DNA from: Eledone cirrhosa
Lineage: Eukaryota
Length of the DNA: 64,000 bases
Direction of reading: 5' to 3'
Assembly: GCA_964016885.1 (NCBI GenBank)
Contig: OZ024741.1
Location: 354,206,001 to 354,270,000 of the forward strand
Below the pieces are notes generated by a model that saw only the letters and a list, made by a program, of their open reading frames with translations, had not been told where the DNA came from and did not search any database. Shown piece after piece: positions 48,223 through 60,488 of this stretch. The first letter of the stretch is position 1, and each line of letters begins with the position of its first letter. A program made the position numbers and the translations under genes.

Positions 48223-50580
48223 ATCATCATCATCGTCGTTTAACATCTATTTTCCATGCTGACATGGGTTGTCCCATTTGAGGCAAGTCGGGTCAGGTGA
48301 CTGTTTTTCTCATACAGAACCGTTTCTGGCTTGGTTTCTACAGCTGGATGCCCTTCCTAATGCCAACCATATTTACAGTGACTGCTGGGTGCTTTTTGTC
48401 ATGACACCTACATGACCACTTTACAGAGTGAGCTGGGTGCTTCTTGTCATGATACCAACACGGCCACTTTACTGTGTGGACTGGCGACTGGAGCAAGGGT
48501 GTAAAGGCATGGGAGAAAGGTGCTGTGAACAGATGTGGGTGGGGTGTTAAGGCGTGAGAGGTGCATGGAAGAGGGAAGGAGGATAGTTGTTAAGAAGTGC
48601 ATACTTGATGTATGCTTCAGTCCGTGTGCATGAAAAGCCATGTCTTCTGTATGACACAACGCCAAAGAACTCAATCCTGTGTAGTTGTCTTTGAGAGGTG
48701 CAATTGTGCAAGATCAGCTTTTATTACCTCATCTCAGGTCTTCCTGGGTCTTTCCACTCCATAGCTACCATTAACTTTAATCGTTCTGTACCTTTTATTA
48801 CATCTGTCATCCTTCATACTCATCACATGGCCATACCAATGAAATCTCCTCTCTTGCACACTGCATTTGATCCATCTTATGTCCAATTTCTCTCGTAGCT
48901 TTGCCATTTATGAATAATACTATTATACATCCATCAGAGCATGCAGGCTTCATTTCTTTCCGATCTTTGCAGGTCCTTTGCACACAGTGCCCATTTCTCA
49001 CTACCATGCAATATTGCTGTTCGAATACATGCATTGTATAATCTGCTCTTCATTTTGAGGAAAAAACCTTCTGTAGCTAGCAATGGTAATAGCTCCCTCC
49101 ATCTTGTTCCTATTCTGGATACTGTACTTTCGGAACACCCTCCTCCACTGCTGATTTGGTCAACCAGGTAATGGAAACTGTCAACTATTTCTACTGAGCC
49201 ATCTGGGCATTTGAAGAAGCTAATATCCTGTGAGCTCTTGCTATTTACTGCAACTGTGCATTGTCTGCATATAAAGCTACATTCTTTGATAGCCTACCTG
49301 TTATCCCACTACATCTTAAATGTACCCATAGCTTGCATTAGGGACATAGGATGGAATTTCTACCTACTCCTTTCTTGCACACTGAGCAAGGCCATATCCC
49401 TGAGGGAATCTGGGCCATGTTTTCCTTTCTATATACTAGGACTTTAGTTTTTGACAAGTTAACTTGTCAAACATGTTTTGCTTCTAGGTTTGGGAATTTC
49501 TTCTCTAATCCCGCATTAGAGTTAGGTCATCTGTATACTGAAGTTCCCATGGACAGCCAGTCTTAAACACTTGTTATAGTCTGTAGGGCAATAATAAACA
49601 GGAGAGGGCTAAGGACTGAACCCTGATGGACACCTACCTATATGCTAAATTCTTCACAATAGTCATTATTAATTCTAACATTGCTGATTGTTCCTTTATA
49701 CATTACTTGTACAGCCTTCACAAGCCACTCATCTACTCCTAGTTTTCTAAGAGCCCACAAGATAATGGAATGGGGGACTCTGTCAAAGGCTTTCTCCAGG
49801 TCAACAAAAGCTAAGTAGTGGGGTTTACTTTTAGCTAGGTACTTCTCCTGCAGTTGCCTCACAAGGAAGAGAGCATCTATGGTACTTTTACCTGGCACAA
49901 ATCCAAACTGCCTCTCATCTAGGTTAACTCAATCCCTAATCAACTGTGCGATAACTCTTTCTATGACCGTCATGACCTGGTCAACCAGCTTAATGCCTCT
50001 ATAATTTTCTCTGTCTAGATCTCCTTTGCCCTTGTAGAAGTTTACAGTGATGCTGCATTGTCAATCATTGAGTATGACACTATTTTGTATTACTTGGTTT
50101 ACAATACAGGTGGCCATGGTATGACCTATGATCCTAGATGCTTTCAGTATCTCAGCAACTCTCCCCAAAGGCCTAGCTGCTTTGCCTGTCTTCATATCTT
50201 TGATTGACTTACCTACTATACTACTGCTAACTTGCACAGCTGGTCTCTCTGTTGGGTCAACTTGGAGTAAACTATCTTCGTCTCATTTATTTTCCTCATT
50301 TAGTAGTCTTTCATAGTGACACTTCCATACTACCTTTTCAGCATCAGGGAGGGTGAGTACTCTGTTATAATCACAGACACACTTCTCCCGAATGACATCA
50401 CAATTTTCCCTGACACATTGCTTTGCAATCCTGAACACCTCATGCCTTTGGTCCTCATGTTTCAGAACATGCTTAATTTTTTTAATTTTCTGCTTCCCTT
50501 CTTGCAAAGTACACTTGTTGTATAGCATCTCTCTTAACCTCCTGGTAGTGTTCTCTACTTCCCCATCCACATTCTTCTCC
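48223..50580 (-). mobile_element. Older degraded RTE LINE copy (same family, frameshifted)
   Basis: ORF fragments GKSTIDALFLVRQLQEKYLAK..., KCHYERLLNEENK; decayed PHD; ATC-repeat tail interrupted by a SINE. Confidence 0.92.
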
Positions 50581-51062
50581 AGGTTGTCCTCTGTCATTAT
50601 GTTCGTCTTGCCCCAAACTATAAGGTCGCTATTAGGTTATTTTGGGAGATGCATTCTTCACCAAGGAGGGACTTTGTATTACAACTGTCACTCTGCCTCA
50701 ATTTCTGGTAAGGATAAAATCTATCTGGCTGGTATGCTCCCCTGATCTATAGGTGATCAAATGATTATCTCGTTTTGGGAAGTTTGTGTTACAGATGGAT
50801 AGGTCATTAGCAACACAGAATTCCAGGAGCCTAAAACCTTCCTCATTTCTAGCACAGAGCATACAAGCCAGACATAGTCACCTAAGCAGTTTAGCATCAG
50901 TACATGACAGCCATCTAATCCATTCAAGCATGGAATGGTGATGATTATGATCACAATGATTTACACTGGTCTCCTATTGTCTTAGCCATCTTTACTACAT
51001 CAAACTTACTCAATAATGATTTTTTATAGGCCAAAGAAAGAAATTTTTATGAGGAGAGGTTG

Positions 51063-51338
51063 TGTTGTATTCCTCTCGGTACTCGCAGAGAAAACACAAC
51101 GAGTTATATCAAATAATTTGTGTAATTTGCGAAACAACCAAAACGCCCCTCCTCGCAGTAGCAGAATAACATAAAGTAAGTAAGTAGCAGTCTGTGACCG
51201 AGTTTTTAATACCAACACTGACTGACTGCCCAGGTCACATGATTCATATGCAAATGTGTCAGCACGTGTAAATTGAATAGAAATTTAACAGTCCATACAA
51301 CAAAGAGGTTGTGAGTTCGATTCCCAGTCCATACAACA
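51063..51338 (-). repeat. 3' LTR (276 bp)
   Basis: By-eye alignment to the 5' LTR: 7 substitutions and one 3-bp indel. Confidence 0.96.
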
Positions 51339-51372
51339 CCTCCCCACCGAAATTGATGCGACAAAAGAAGCA

Positions 51373-54300
51373 TCAACAGCAAAGTCTCTCTGGGGGTTTA
51401 CGAGTTCTCTTGGACCGTCTTCGATTGTCTGGTCCATACTCTGGAACGGGCAACAAGGCTTTGGGTCTGGTCTGTCTTGGAGTTAGTGGCACGATTTCCG
51501 AGATCTCAATCGGGTGATCTGTTGCAAATTCAAAAACAGTGTCTACTGCATCAACAGGTTCATTGTCTTCCTCAGTAGTGTACCGTGGCTGCAGCTGTTC
51601 CCAGTGTCGTCTCCACACCGGGCCATGAGGTATGACCTTAACGTTGAAGCAGCGAGTACCCAATGACTTCTTAATGATTGCTGGTACCCATCGGGGATCT
51701 TTGTTTCGGCGAGGTCCGTAGTACAGTGCATACACAGGATCTCCAGCCTTGTACTGCCTGGTAACCTTAGCGACACCTGCCGAGTCCGGAGTCATCTGAG
51801 ACTTATATGCTTCCTTAGACTGCTTGCCTTGAGCGATGTGTGCTGGCGAGGGCAGCAGAGAATCAATCCTTGTCCGTATCTGCCGGTGATTCAAAAGTTC
51901 ACTCGGAGAGAATCCACTGGATGTCGGTGTTCTCCGGTACTGCATCAAGAACTCTTGAAGTGCTCACTTCGGCGGAAGAGAAGTCTTCCTCAGAGCTTGT
52001 TTAAAGGTCTGCACCAAACGTTCCGCTGCTCCGTTAGTAGCTGGGTGGTAAGGTGCCCCTGTCAGGTGTGTGATCCCATGTTCTTTGCACCAGCTCTGGA
52101 ACTCCTCAGAAATAAAAGTCGGTGCGTTATCGGTGACTAGCGTGTGAGGAAATCCGAAGTGCGCAAAGTCTTCTTCAAGCAGATCTAAAGTGACTCTGGA
52201 GGACATGGATGACGTAGGATGAATGCATGGATACTTGGAATAAGCATCCGTGATCACCAACCAATTACTGCCCATGAAATTTATTACGTGGTCCAGGTGT
52301 AAGTGGCTCCATGGCTTTTCAGGTAACATCCATGGGTGAACTGGAGACTTGGATGGCTGGTTTTGATGTTCACCACACGAATCACATTGTCGACTGGTTT
52401 TCTCTATAGCAGCATCGATACCAGGCCAATAAACAGCAGTTCTTGCCAATTGTTTCATGCGCTCCATGCCAAAGTGTCCGAGATGCAGAAGATTGAGGAT
52501 CTTTGGCTGTAAGCTATGTGGAATCACAACTCTCGATCCATGGATAAGGCATCTGTGGCAGATACTGAGTGAATCCGATAACTTCCGGAACTTATTGACT
52601 TCGTCATTGATCTCAGTATTCTTTGGTGGCCAGCCTTCACGGACGTAGCGTATCACTGTAGATATCACTGGATCTTTCCCTGACTCTTGACGGAGGACGT
52701 TAGAATCGATAGATTGGACTTGAAGACTGAGAGCTTTGATGGCGCACACCATGTCCATGTCTTCATCATTTTCCTTCCTGTCAAAGTCGATGTCATTACC
52801 AAATGGCAAGCGACTGAGGGCATCTGCATTGCCATGATCCGCTGTTTTCCGATATTCGATGGTGTAGTCAAACTGGTTCAGCCACAGGGCCCACCGTGCT
52901 AGTCGGTTAGCAGCGAGAAGTGGCGTCCCTTTCCTCGGACTGAACAGTGATGTCAGTGGCTTGTGGTCAGTTACGAGTATAAACTGATGCCCGTACAGAT
53001 ACTGATAGAACTTCTGCAAGCCAAATATGATGGCCAGGGCTTCCTTTTGAATTTGGCCGTAGTTACGCTGTGCAGAAGTAAGAGTCTTGGACACATTGGA
53101 TATTGGGCGCTCGCTTCCATCAGGATAGCGATGAAACAGGACTGCTCCAATACCAACGTTTGACGCGTCGCAAGCCAGTCCCAAAGTTTTGTTTGGATCG
53201 AAGTGTATCAGAACTCGATCCGATGAAAGCACATTTTTCAACTGATCGAAAGCTGACTGTTCTTCATCTCCCCACTTCCAAGTAGTCGTTTTTTTCGTAA
53301 GGCAATAGAGTGGCTCTGCCATGCTGGCCAGGTTTGGGATAAACTTTCCATAGAACTGAACTGAACCCAGGAAAGACTTCAAGCTTGAGACGTTCGTTGG
53401 AGGTGGCATCTTTAAAACTGCTTCGACCTTGGATCCCTTCACGATCCCTTCAGCCGACAAGGTGTGTCCAAGGTATTCCACACTGGGTAGTGCAAACTGG
53501 CACTTGTCACGGCGACATCTGAGTCCTTTGTCGCACAGATGTGTGAGCAGACACTTTAGGTTGTTCAGGTGATCGTTTGCATCTTTCCCACTGACGAGCA
53601 TGTCGTCCTGGAAGACGGCCACACCAGGTAGATCTTGAGTCAGGTTTTCCATGATCTCCTGAAAGTAACCAGGTGCTGACTTGATTCCGAAAGGGAGTCG
53701 TTCCTGCAGGAGCACCCCACGGTGAGTGCTGAGTGCAAGCCTGCGTTGACTTTCTGGAGCCAGCTTGATCTGATTATAGGCATCAGCAAGATCAATCTTT
53801 GTGTATCCGAATCCACCTCCGAGCTTCTGCATCAGTTCCTCTGGGAGTGGCATTGGATGACGATGATCTGCAAGTTGGTCATTAATTCCCACAGAGTAGT
53901 CACCACAAATCCGTAGTTTGGGTTTCAGGTTGCCTGAAGTATGTGCTTTACGAATCGGTACCACTGGCATTCCGTATTCGTTGAACTGTACTGGCTTCCA
54001 GATTCCTTTGGCGATGCCTTCTTCGTAACCTTTGGCCAGGTCATCACGAAGAGCAAACGGGACCGGGTGTGCCTTGTGAAAGACCGGTGTCGCATCCGAC
54101 TTGAACTTCACTTCCAGTTCGAAGTCATTAAGACATCCCAATTCTTGCTTGAAGAGATCTGGGAATTCATCACACATGTTGTGACAATCTCGTTGCATGG
54201 AAATATAGGGCTCGTTTGAGGTCTTTGGATGCATCACTTCTGCACCCTCACTCTTGGCCTGGCTGTCTATGCTTTTCAATCCTAGAGCATTGTCCACGGA

Positions 54301-55635
54301 AATTCCCAGAGTCTGGATAGCGTTTCGTCCCAGCAAATTAAGATCAGGGATCTTGGTGACGATGTAGGGTATTGATCTCCGTTTGCCGGTCGTTGGATCC
54401 TTGGTTTGGCCCATGAAAGTTCCCAGAACGGGCAGGTCGTGCTTGCTGGCAGATTCAAACCGATGTTTGACATCTTGCAGCTTCGGTTTTCCTAATTGTT
54501 TCCAAACTGACAAGGAAACAAAATTGCCTGTAGTAGCTGTGTCCAATTCCATTGTGAAAAGTCTGTTCTGGATTGTTATTGGCACATTCAAACTATGAGT
54601 ATCGTGGGGAACTTCACCAAAGATCGCCTTGACTAGCTCAGCTTTCGTGATTCTTTTCACGTAATTCTGTGAGCGATGATTACGTTGCTGATGTTTCTTT
54701 CTACACACCGCTTGCAAATGTCCCTTTTTGCAAATGTCCCATTTGGCTTCTTTGAAGGGGCAGTCTGTCGCTTTGTGGGCCTTTCCACATCGGTAGCACA
54801 TCTCCTGGTCTGTGGAATAAGACTGCTGATGGTTCTTTCGAGGACCCTTGTTCTTGTTCTGCTGGACCTTGTAGACTTGCTTGGTTTTGGAACCGTAAAC
54901 AGTTTCCTTGGCAACCTTTGCTGAGTCTTCGGTCCCGATGGCAACTTGGACAGCACGGGCGAAATCTAGTTCTGTATCCTTGATCTTGAAAATAGCCTTC
55001 AACACAGCTTCATTATTGACAGAACATATAAATCTCTGTCTTAGAGCTTCATCTTGTGGATTTGTGATCGAAGGAAAATCACAGGTAGCTGCATCCTGAC
55101 GTATACGTGCTGCCAGCTCCTGGAGAGTTTCGCCTGGCTTCCGTTGCATGTCACTCCAGAACTTGAAACGTTCTCTCACAATGAAAAGTTTTGGGTCAAA
55201 CTGTTCTTTCATGAAGTCAACAATTTCGTCCATTGTCAACTTGTTGATATTCTTAGGCAGATTTTGTTAAGCAGCCAGATTTGCAAGTTGTTTGTAGATA
55301 GCAGCCGTCTGATTAGTCAGGAACACTTGTGCCATGCATTGCTTGGGTACAGCGTTAGCAGCCACAAATGTGCAGAATCTTGACCAGTAATCAGGCCATA
55401 GTTCTGTTGTTGAATCAAAAGCAGCAAATGGTGGGATGAATGCTGTTGGTGTCGAAGCAACTGGCGACGCCAATAAACTCTGTTGTTCAGAATCTCGAGC
55501 ACCAAACAGTTTTATCAGAGTGTCCATATCTCTCTTGAGTTGTTGCATTTGTTGTTCCATCTGTTCTCTAAACAACTTATTAGCTCCGCTGTTTGTTGTT
55601 CCGCCATGTTTTTGTGATAAACAATTTCCCGGCAA
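51373..55635 (-). pseudogene. gag-pol polyprotein in one frame, broken by two in-frame stops (TAA 55267-69, TGA 51964-66)
   Basis: Three ORF-track segments share one frame; CCHC knuckle CYRCGKAHKATDC, protease LDTA, RT LPFG...FQDD, RNase H DAS...EAL...TDH, integrase HHCC and D,D,E. Confidence 0.93.
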
Positions 55636-55670
55636 TGTAGGTAAATCATATCGTTGACGCCAATAAACTC

Positions 55671-55943
55671 TGTTGTATTCCTCTTGGTACTCGCAGAGAA
55701 AACACGAGTTATATCAAATAATTTGTGTAATTTGCGAAACAACCAAAACGCCCCTTCTCACAGTAGCAGAATAACATAAAGTAAGTAAGTAGCAGTCTGT
55801 GACCGAGTTTTTAATACCAACGCTGACTGACTGCCCAGGTCACGTGATTCATATGCAAATGTGTGAGCACGTGTAAATTGAATAGAAATTTAACAGTCCA
55901 TACAACAATGAGGTTGTGAGTTCGATTCCCAGTCCATACAACA
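55671..55943 (-). repeat. 5' LTR (273 bp)
   Basis: Direct repeat of 51063-51338; followed on the minus strand by PBS-like sequence. Confidence 0.96.
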
Positions 55944-58070
55944 GGTTGTCAATTCAATCAATTTTTCTTTTTTACTTGTGCTTATTTTATCAATATGAAA
56001 CAACGGATATAAAGAACCTGGAGAGAAATGAAGTAAGCTTGCTCTGTTTGACATGTAATGTGTAATGTTAATGTACATGAATGACAGGCTCTAGATGACT
56101 GAAAGAAAAATTGGGTATAAGAAAAATCAGATACAGTATGCAAGAGAGAAGACTGCACTGGTATGGACATGTGATGTATATAGAGATGGTGGCTGGGTGA
56201 AGAAGTGCTAGGAGATGACAGTGGAAGGAAGCTACAGTAGAGGAAGACCAAGAAAGGCCTTGACAGAAGTGGCTAGAACTGATCTTAAAAATGCTGAACC
56301 TCAAAGAAAATGATGAAAGATGGAAAAATGTATGCATGATGATGATGATGACTGAGGAGGAGAAAAATCAAAGTTGAAGGAGAAAAATCTAAATATTATA
56401 AAGTACTTGTCATTGTGTAACCTGAGATCATTTCTGATTGAGCAAACCTATAATAAACAGATATTTCGCTGAATGAACAGGCATTACTCACAGATCTGTT
56501 GTACCAGATATACCAATGTTTCTGCTTAGCTGAAAACTATATAGTTTATGTAGTGCTGAATCACTGAGTGCAGTGTTGCCCTGTGAATATGGTGTACTCT
56601 CACCAATATTCTGTCTATTGTGTATGCATGTGGATCATGGCTGTGGCTACAGCAGAGGCAGGTAACATGGACTCTGTTAGAGCACAACAATTACTGTTCC
56701 TTGTAATTTAGTGTTGTAACATTTCACTGGGCACTGCATGGCTAAATGGTTAAGGAGTTCACTTCACAATCATTAGGTCCCGGATTCAATCCCACTCTAT
56801 GGTATCTTGGTTGACTCATGGTATGTGAAACAAGGTAAACAAACGGTTTAGAAGCCTGAATTAAAAGACTTTTTTTCTCACTGTGACATACTGAAGCTCT
56901 GAGAATGTCATTAAGGTTACATGTGTCTGTAGAATGCCCAGGCACTTGTAAGTTAATTTCACAAGCAAGCTGTTCGTTGATCAAACAACTGGTAAAATTC
57001 ATTATCAAAACCAACAAAGGTCCATTCCATTTTAATTTGCTGTGTTCAGGCTTGATCCAGTAGACCTCTGATCAAAGGCATTCAAGCTGTAACCATCCTG
57101 TCTTTTATTGGGTAAGTGTCATTTACTTCAAGTTGACCCATGCCATGTGAGTGAAATTAGATAGACAGAAACTATTTGGAAGCCTGTTGGATGGACTATA
57201 CCTGAAAGTCAAAGAGGCAGACTTGTTACACACTGTGTCTCACTGAATCACCATCAGAATGACATTAAAGTTGTACATGTCTATGGAATACTCAACCACT
57301 TATATGTTAATTTCAGAAGCAGACTGTTCCATCATTTGAACAACTGGAGCCATTGTCATTAGAAACAATTGAGATCCAACATGTAATATTTCTGCCATTA
57401 CACCACCCACTTTCTAATGGTAAGAACTACATGAACATATTCCAAATTATGCAAACATTAATAAAAAAAGAGAAAGAATGAAGACAAAATTTCATAACAT
57501 TTAAAATGTATATTGCTTGACATGAAAATATTTTATTACAGTAACATAAATGTGGGTGGGATCTCTCTCTCTTTCTTTCACTCAATCTCTCTCATTTTTT
57601 TTATTAGAATCAAAACCCACTTATTTCTACTGACAAATGTAATGAAATATATATATACTAATTGTTTTTTTTTTTTTAATGATCCATTTTCACTTTGAAA
57701 TTAATTGTTCTGCACAACTGGACATAACATTTTTTTTTCTGGTGTGAATGAAGAATTAAAATCAAATGGAAAATATACAGTACCAAAGTATTTGTAAAAA
57801 TATTTCCCTGATGAAAATACTTTTTAAAGAAATTGTATGGAAATAATCTTTAAAAAATAAAATAAAGGCGTGGTTATAACATTTATACAAAAATGGAACA
57901 TGAAGGAACTGAAAATGAACATAAAACAAAAGATGTCTACAAGCAGACTCTTGTTTTATCACTCAGATTTACTCAGATTGTCTAGCTGATCAAGATGTCA
58001 GAATTTAGAAACTGATAAATGATGTGGGTATTGTCCGTTTGCCGCTGTTTGCTGTTGTTTGGTTGAATAT

Positions 58071-58255
58071 TCATTTTTCAAACCTGGCTGGACACTCTCT
58101 GTTCCAAGAAGCAAGTTTCAAGTAATGACCAACAAATATAGTAAATACATTTTTAAAGTTTGCAATAGATCTTTTATCTAGATTCATCTCGGTATCAGTT
58201 GGTTGGTGCCAGGTGTTAGGAAATGGATAAGGAATTAAATGGAGGATTTTCACAC
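58071..58255 (-). CDS. QPCT: Glutaminyl-peptide cyclotransferase last exon
   Basis: GVKILHLIPYPFPNTWHQPTDTEMNLDKRSIANFKNVFTIFVGHYLKL... matches human GVPVLHLIPSPFPEVWHT..D.EENLD; WH zinc ligand; upstream exons not found in the window. Confidence 0.9.
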
Positions 58256-58664
58256 CTGAAAAATAAAAACATTTTAATCAATATATCAAAAGGCCAAGTC
58301 ACATATCTCATTTTTTGTTTGCTAGATGCCATCTTTCTGTCATGCAATAGCAATGTGGAAAGAGAAAGCAGTGGCTGTGATGAGAGAGAAGGATAAGAGA
58401 GAGAGAGAGAGCAAGAAAGTATGATTAGATAGATAATTGAATATATGAGAGACAGTGTTGAAGGGAGGGGGGGGGGAATAGCAGGTAACAAGAATGGTGG
58501 TAAGACAGGCAATTAGATAGTGAAATATAGGGAAAGATCAAAAAAGAAAAGAAAAGAGAAGAAGCAATGATTTCCATGCACCCATATTGAATGACAAACC
58601 AAAGTGAAGAGAGTTTGAAAAAACAAAAAAAAGCAATGATAGGCCTGTAACTTTATCTATTTAC

Positions 58665-58796
58665 CTTTCTTAGCAAAGGGCACATGATCATCTTGAATGC
58701 CATACAGTGGAAACTCTAATATTTCAGTCGAAAACATAGAGCTATACATGTTGTTGTAATCTCGATGTTGAAGTTTTCGTCGTAAAAGCAGCTGCT
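58665..58796 (-). CDS. QPCT: Glutaminyl-peptide cyclotransferase (QPCT/QPCTL-like) penultimate exon
   Basis: (E)QLLLRRKLQHRDYNNMYSSMFSTEILEFPLYGIQDDHVPFAKK(G) contains the IQDDHxPF motif; TAG/GTAAAT; 132 nt; this frame is not in the ORF track. QPCT vs QPCTL orthology is not resolved. Confidence 0.88.
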
Positions 58797-58952
58797 CTAA
58801 AATTTAGATAAAAATCATAAAATATATTTGAATTGGAAAAAGAAAGAATCAGCAATGTGGTTAAAAGACAGGTCTTTCTTAATTCAAACCCTGACATAGA
58901 TAGAACATCATTAAATTTGGGTAATTTACACATCATTATATTTATCAGACAA

Positions 58953-59146
58953 GGGCGGTGGATTGGCAGTATCGGTAGAGGGTCGGACGCCATGCTTTGA
59001 TGCATAGAGTTACGGCCCTTGCCATTCTGAGTTCAAATCCCGCCGAGGTTAACTTTGCCTTTCATCCTTACGGGGTCGATACAATAAAGTACCAGTAATA
59101 CACTGGCTAATTGCTGGCCTTGTGCCAAAAGTAGAAACAATTATTG
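58953..59146 (+). mobile_element. tRNA-derived SINE in a QPCT intron
   Basis: Near-identical to the 48031 copy; 11-bp TSD TTATCAGACAA. Confidence 0.9.
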
Positions 59147-59696
59147 TTATCAGACAATGATATCTAAACTCTCTCTTTCTCATATATCTTTCATCAACAC
59201 CATTTTATATCTACATTTCCATGCTTACATGAGTTGAACATGAATGCCAAATAAGACACTGTATATGTAAGATAAGTGGATTTAGCTATTGTCTTTACAC
59301 TTCTAATTATATATAATGATAATGATGATGATAAATATTTTTTTTTTTTTTATTTGAACGAGAAAATTATGATATATTTTTTATCTAAAAACAACTCAAT
59401 GTCGATGCAACACGATTACATATTGTCCAGAATATTGTCACGATTACATATTGTCAAGAATGCACAGGGTAGATATGAGCTTCATTAGCCACAGTGAAGA
59501 CAGCACATCCAAGAGGGCAGTTACTCTGAATAAAAATTCATACAGGGTAGGGAGGACCCTTAACTCTTGTCAAACAACCTCTTTAGCACAATAAAATGCA
59601 CCCAGTCCAAGCTGTAAAGTGATTGGTTATAGGAAAGGCATCCAACCAGAACATTTTGCTAAAAAGCCATGATTAACACAGCATACAGTATTAGTG

Positions 59697-59728
<32 letters not shown>

Positions 59729-59731
<3 letters not shown>

Positions 59732-60170
59732 ATATTACTAAAACAGAGAATGTCTGTTTGTCTGTCTGTCTGTCCAATCACTAAAACTCGAGAACCACCC
59801 AACCGATTGTTTTCAAACTTTACACATGTGATACTTATGGTCCCGTGAGTGTTTTGAGCAAAAAATATTTCATATTTTCAATGCCCTAGGGACTGCATTA
59901 GACAATTTTGCGATCTCTCTCTATAATTCTTAGTCTTCCTCTTTTTAGATAGATACATAGATATAACGTTGCGCCCTTATAATACATGTCTGTATGCCTG
60001 ACTGTCTGCATTAAGTCATTATGACGTGGTGTGTGTGTGTATATATAGTGTGTAACGTTTTTCAAAATATTTACTTCTGCATTCATAGATTGATTTTTTT
60101 AGTGTCAGAAGATCCCGTTAAGGGTGAAAGCAGCGATTCTTTGCTTAAACTTTAATCTGTTATATTAATA

Positions 60171-60213
<43 letters not shown>

Positions 60214-60405
60214 GTACAGATATTTTTGCATACACAAAAACAAAATATAAACAAACGTATTTATTTCACAAAAGCACAAAATGTAGACACAATCCCGAGG
60301 CCGAGGTATTCCGTTCTTCTCTCTACTGTTTCGCCCTTATAATATCGGTCTGTACGTCTGCATTACGACATTATGACGCTATATGTGTGTGTATATATGT
60401 ATATA

Positions 60406-60488
<83 letters not shown>

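Larger units (their letters stand above)
51063..55943 (-). mobile_element. Full-length Gypsy/Ty3 LTR retrotransposon, Mag-like
   Basis: LTRs 55671-55943 and 51063-51338 (TGTTGTA...TACAACA); TSD GGTTG at 51058-62 and 55944-48; PPT (CGGTGGGGAGG) next to the 3' LTR; PBS-like TGGCGTC after the 5' LTR; domain order gag-PR-RT-RH-IN. Confidence 0.97.
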
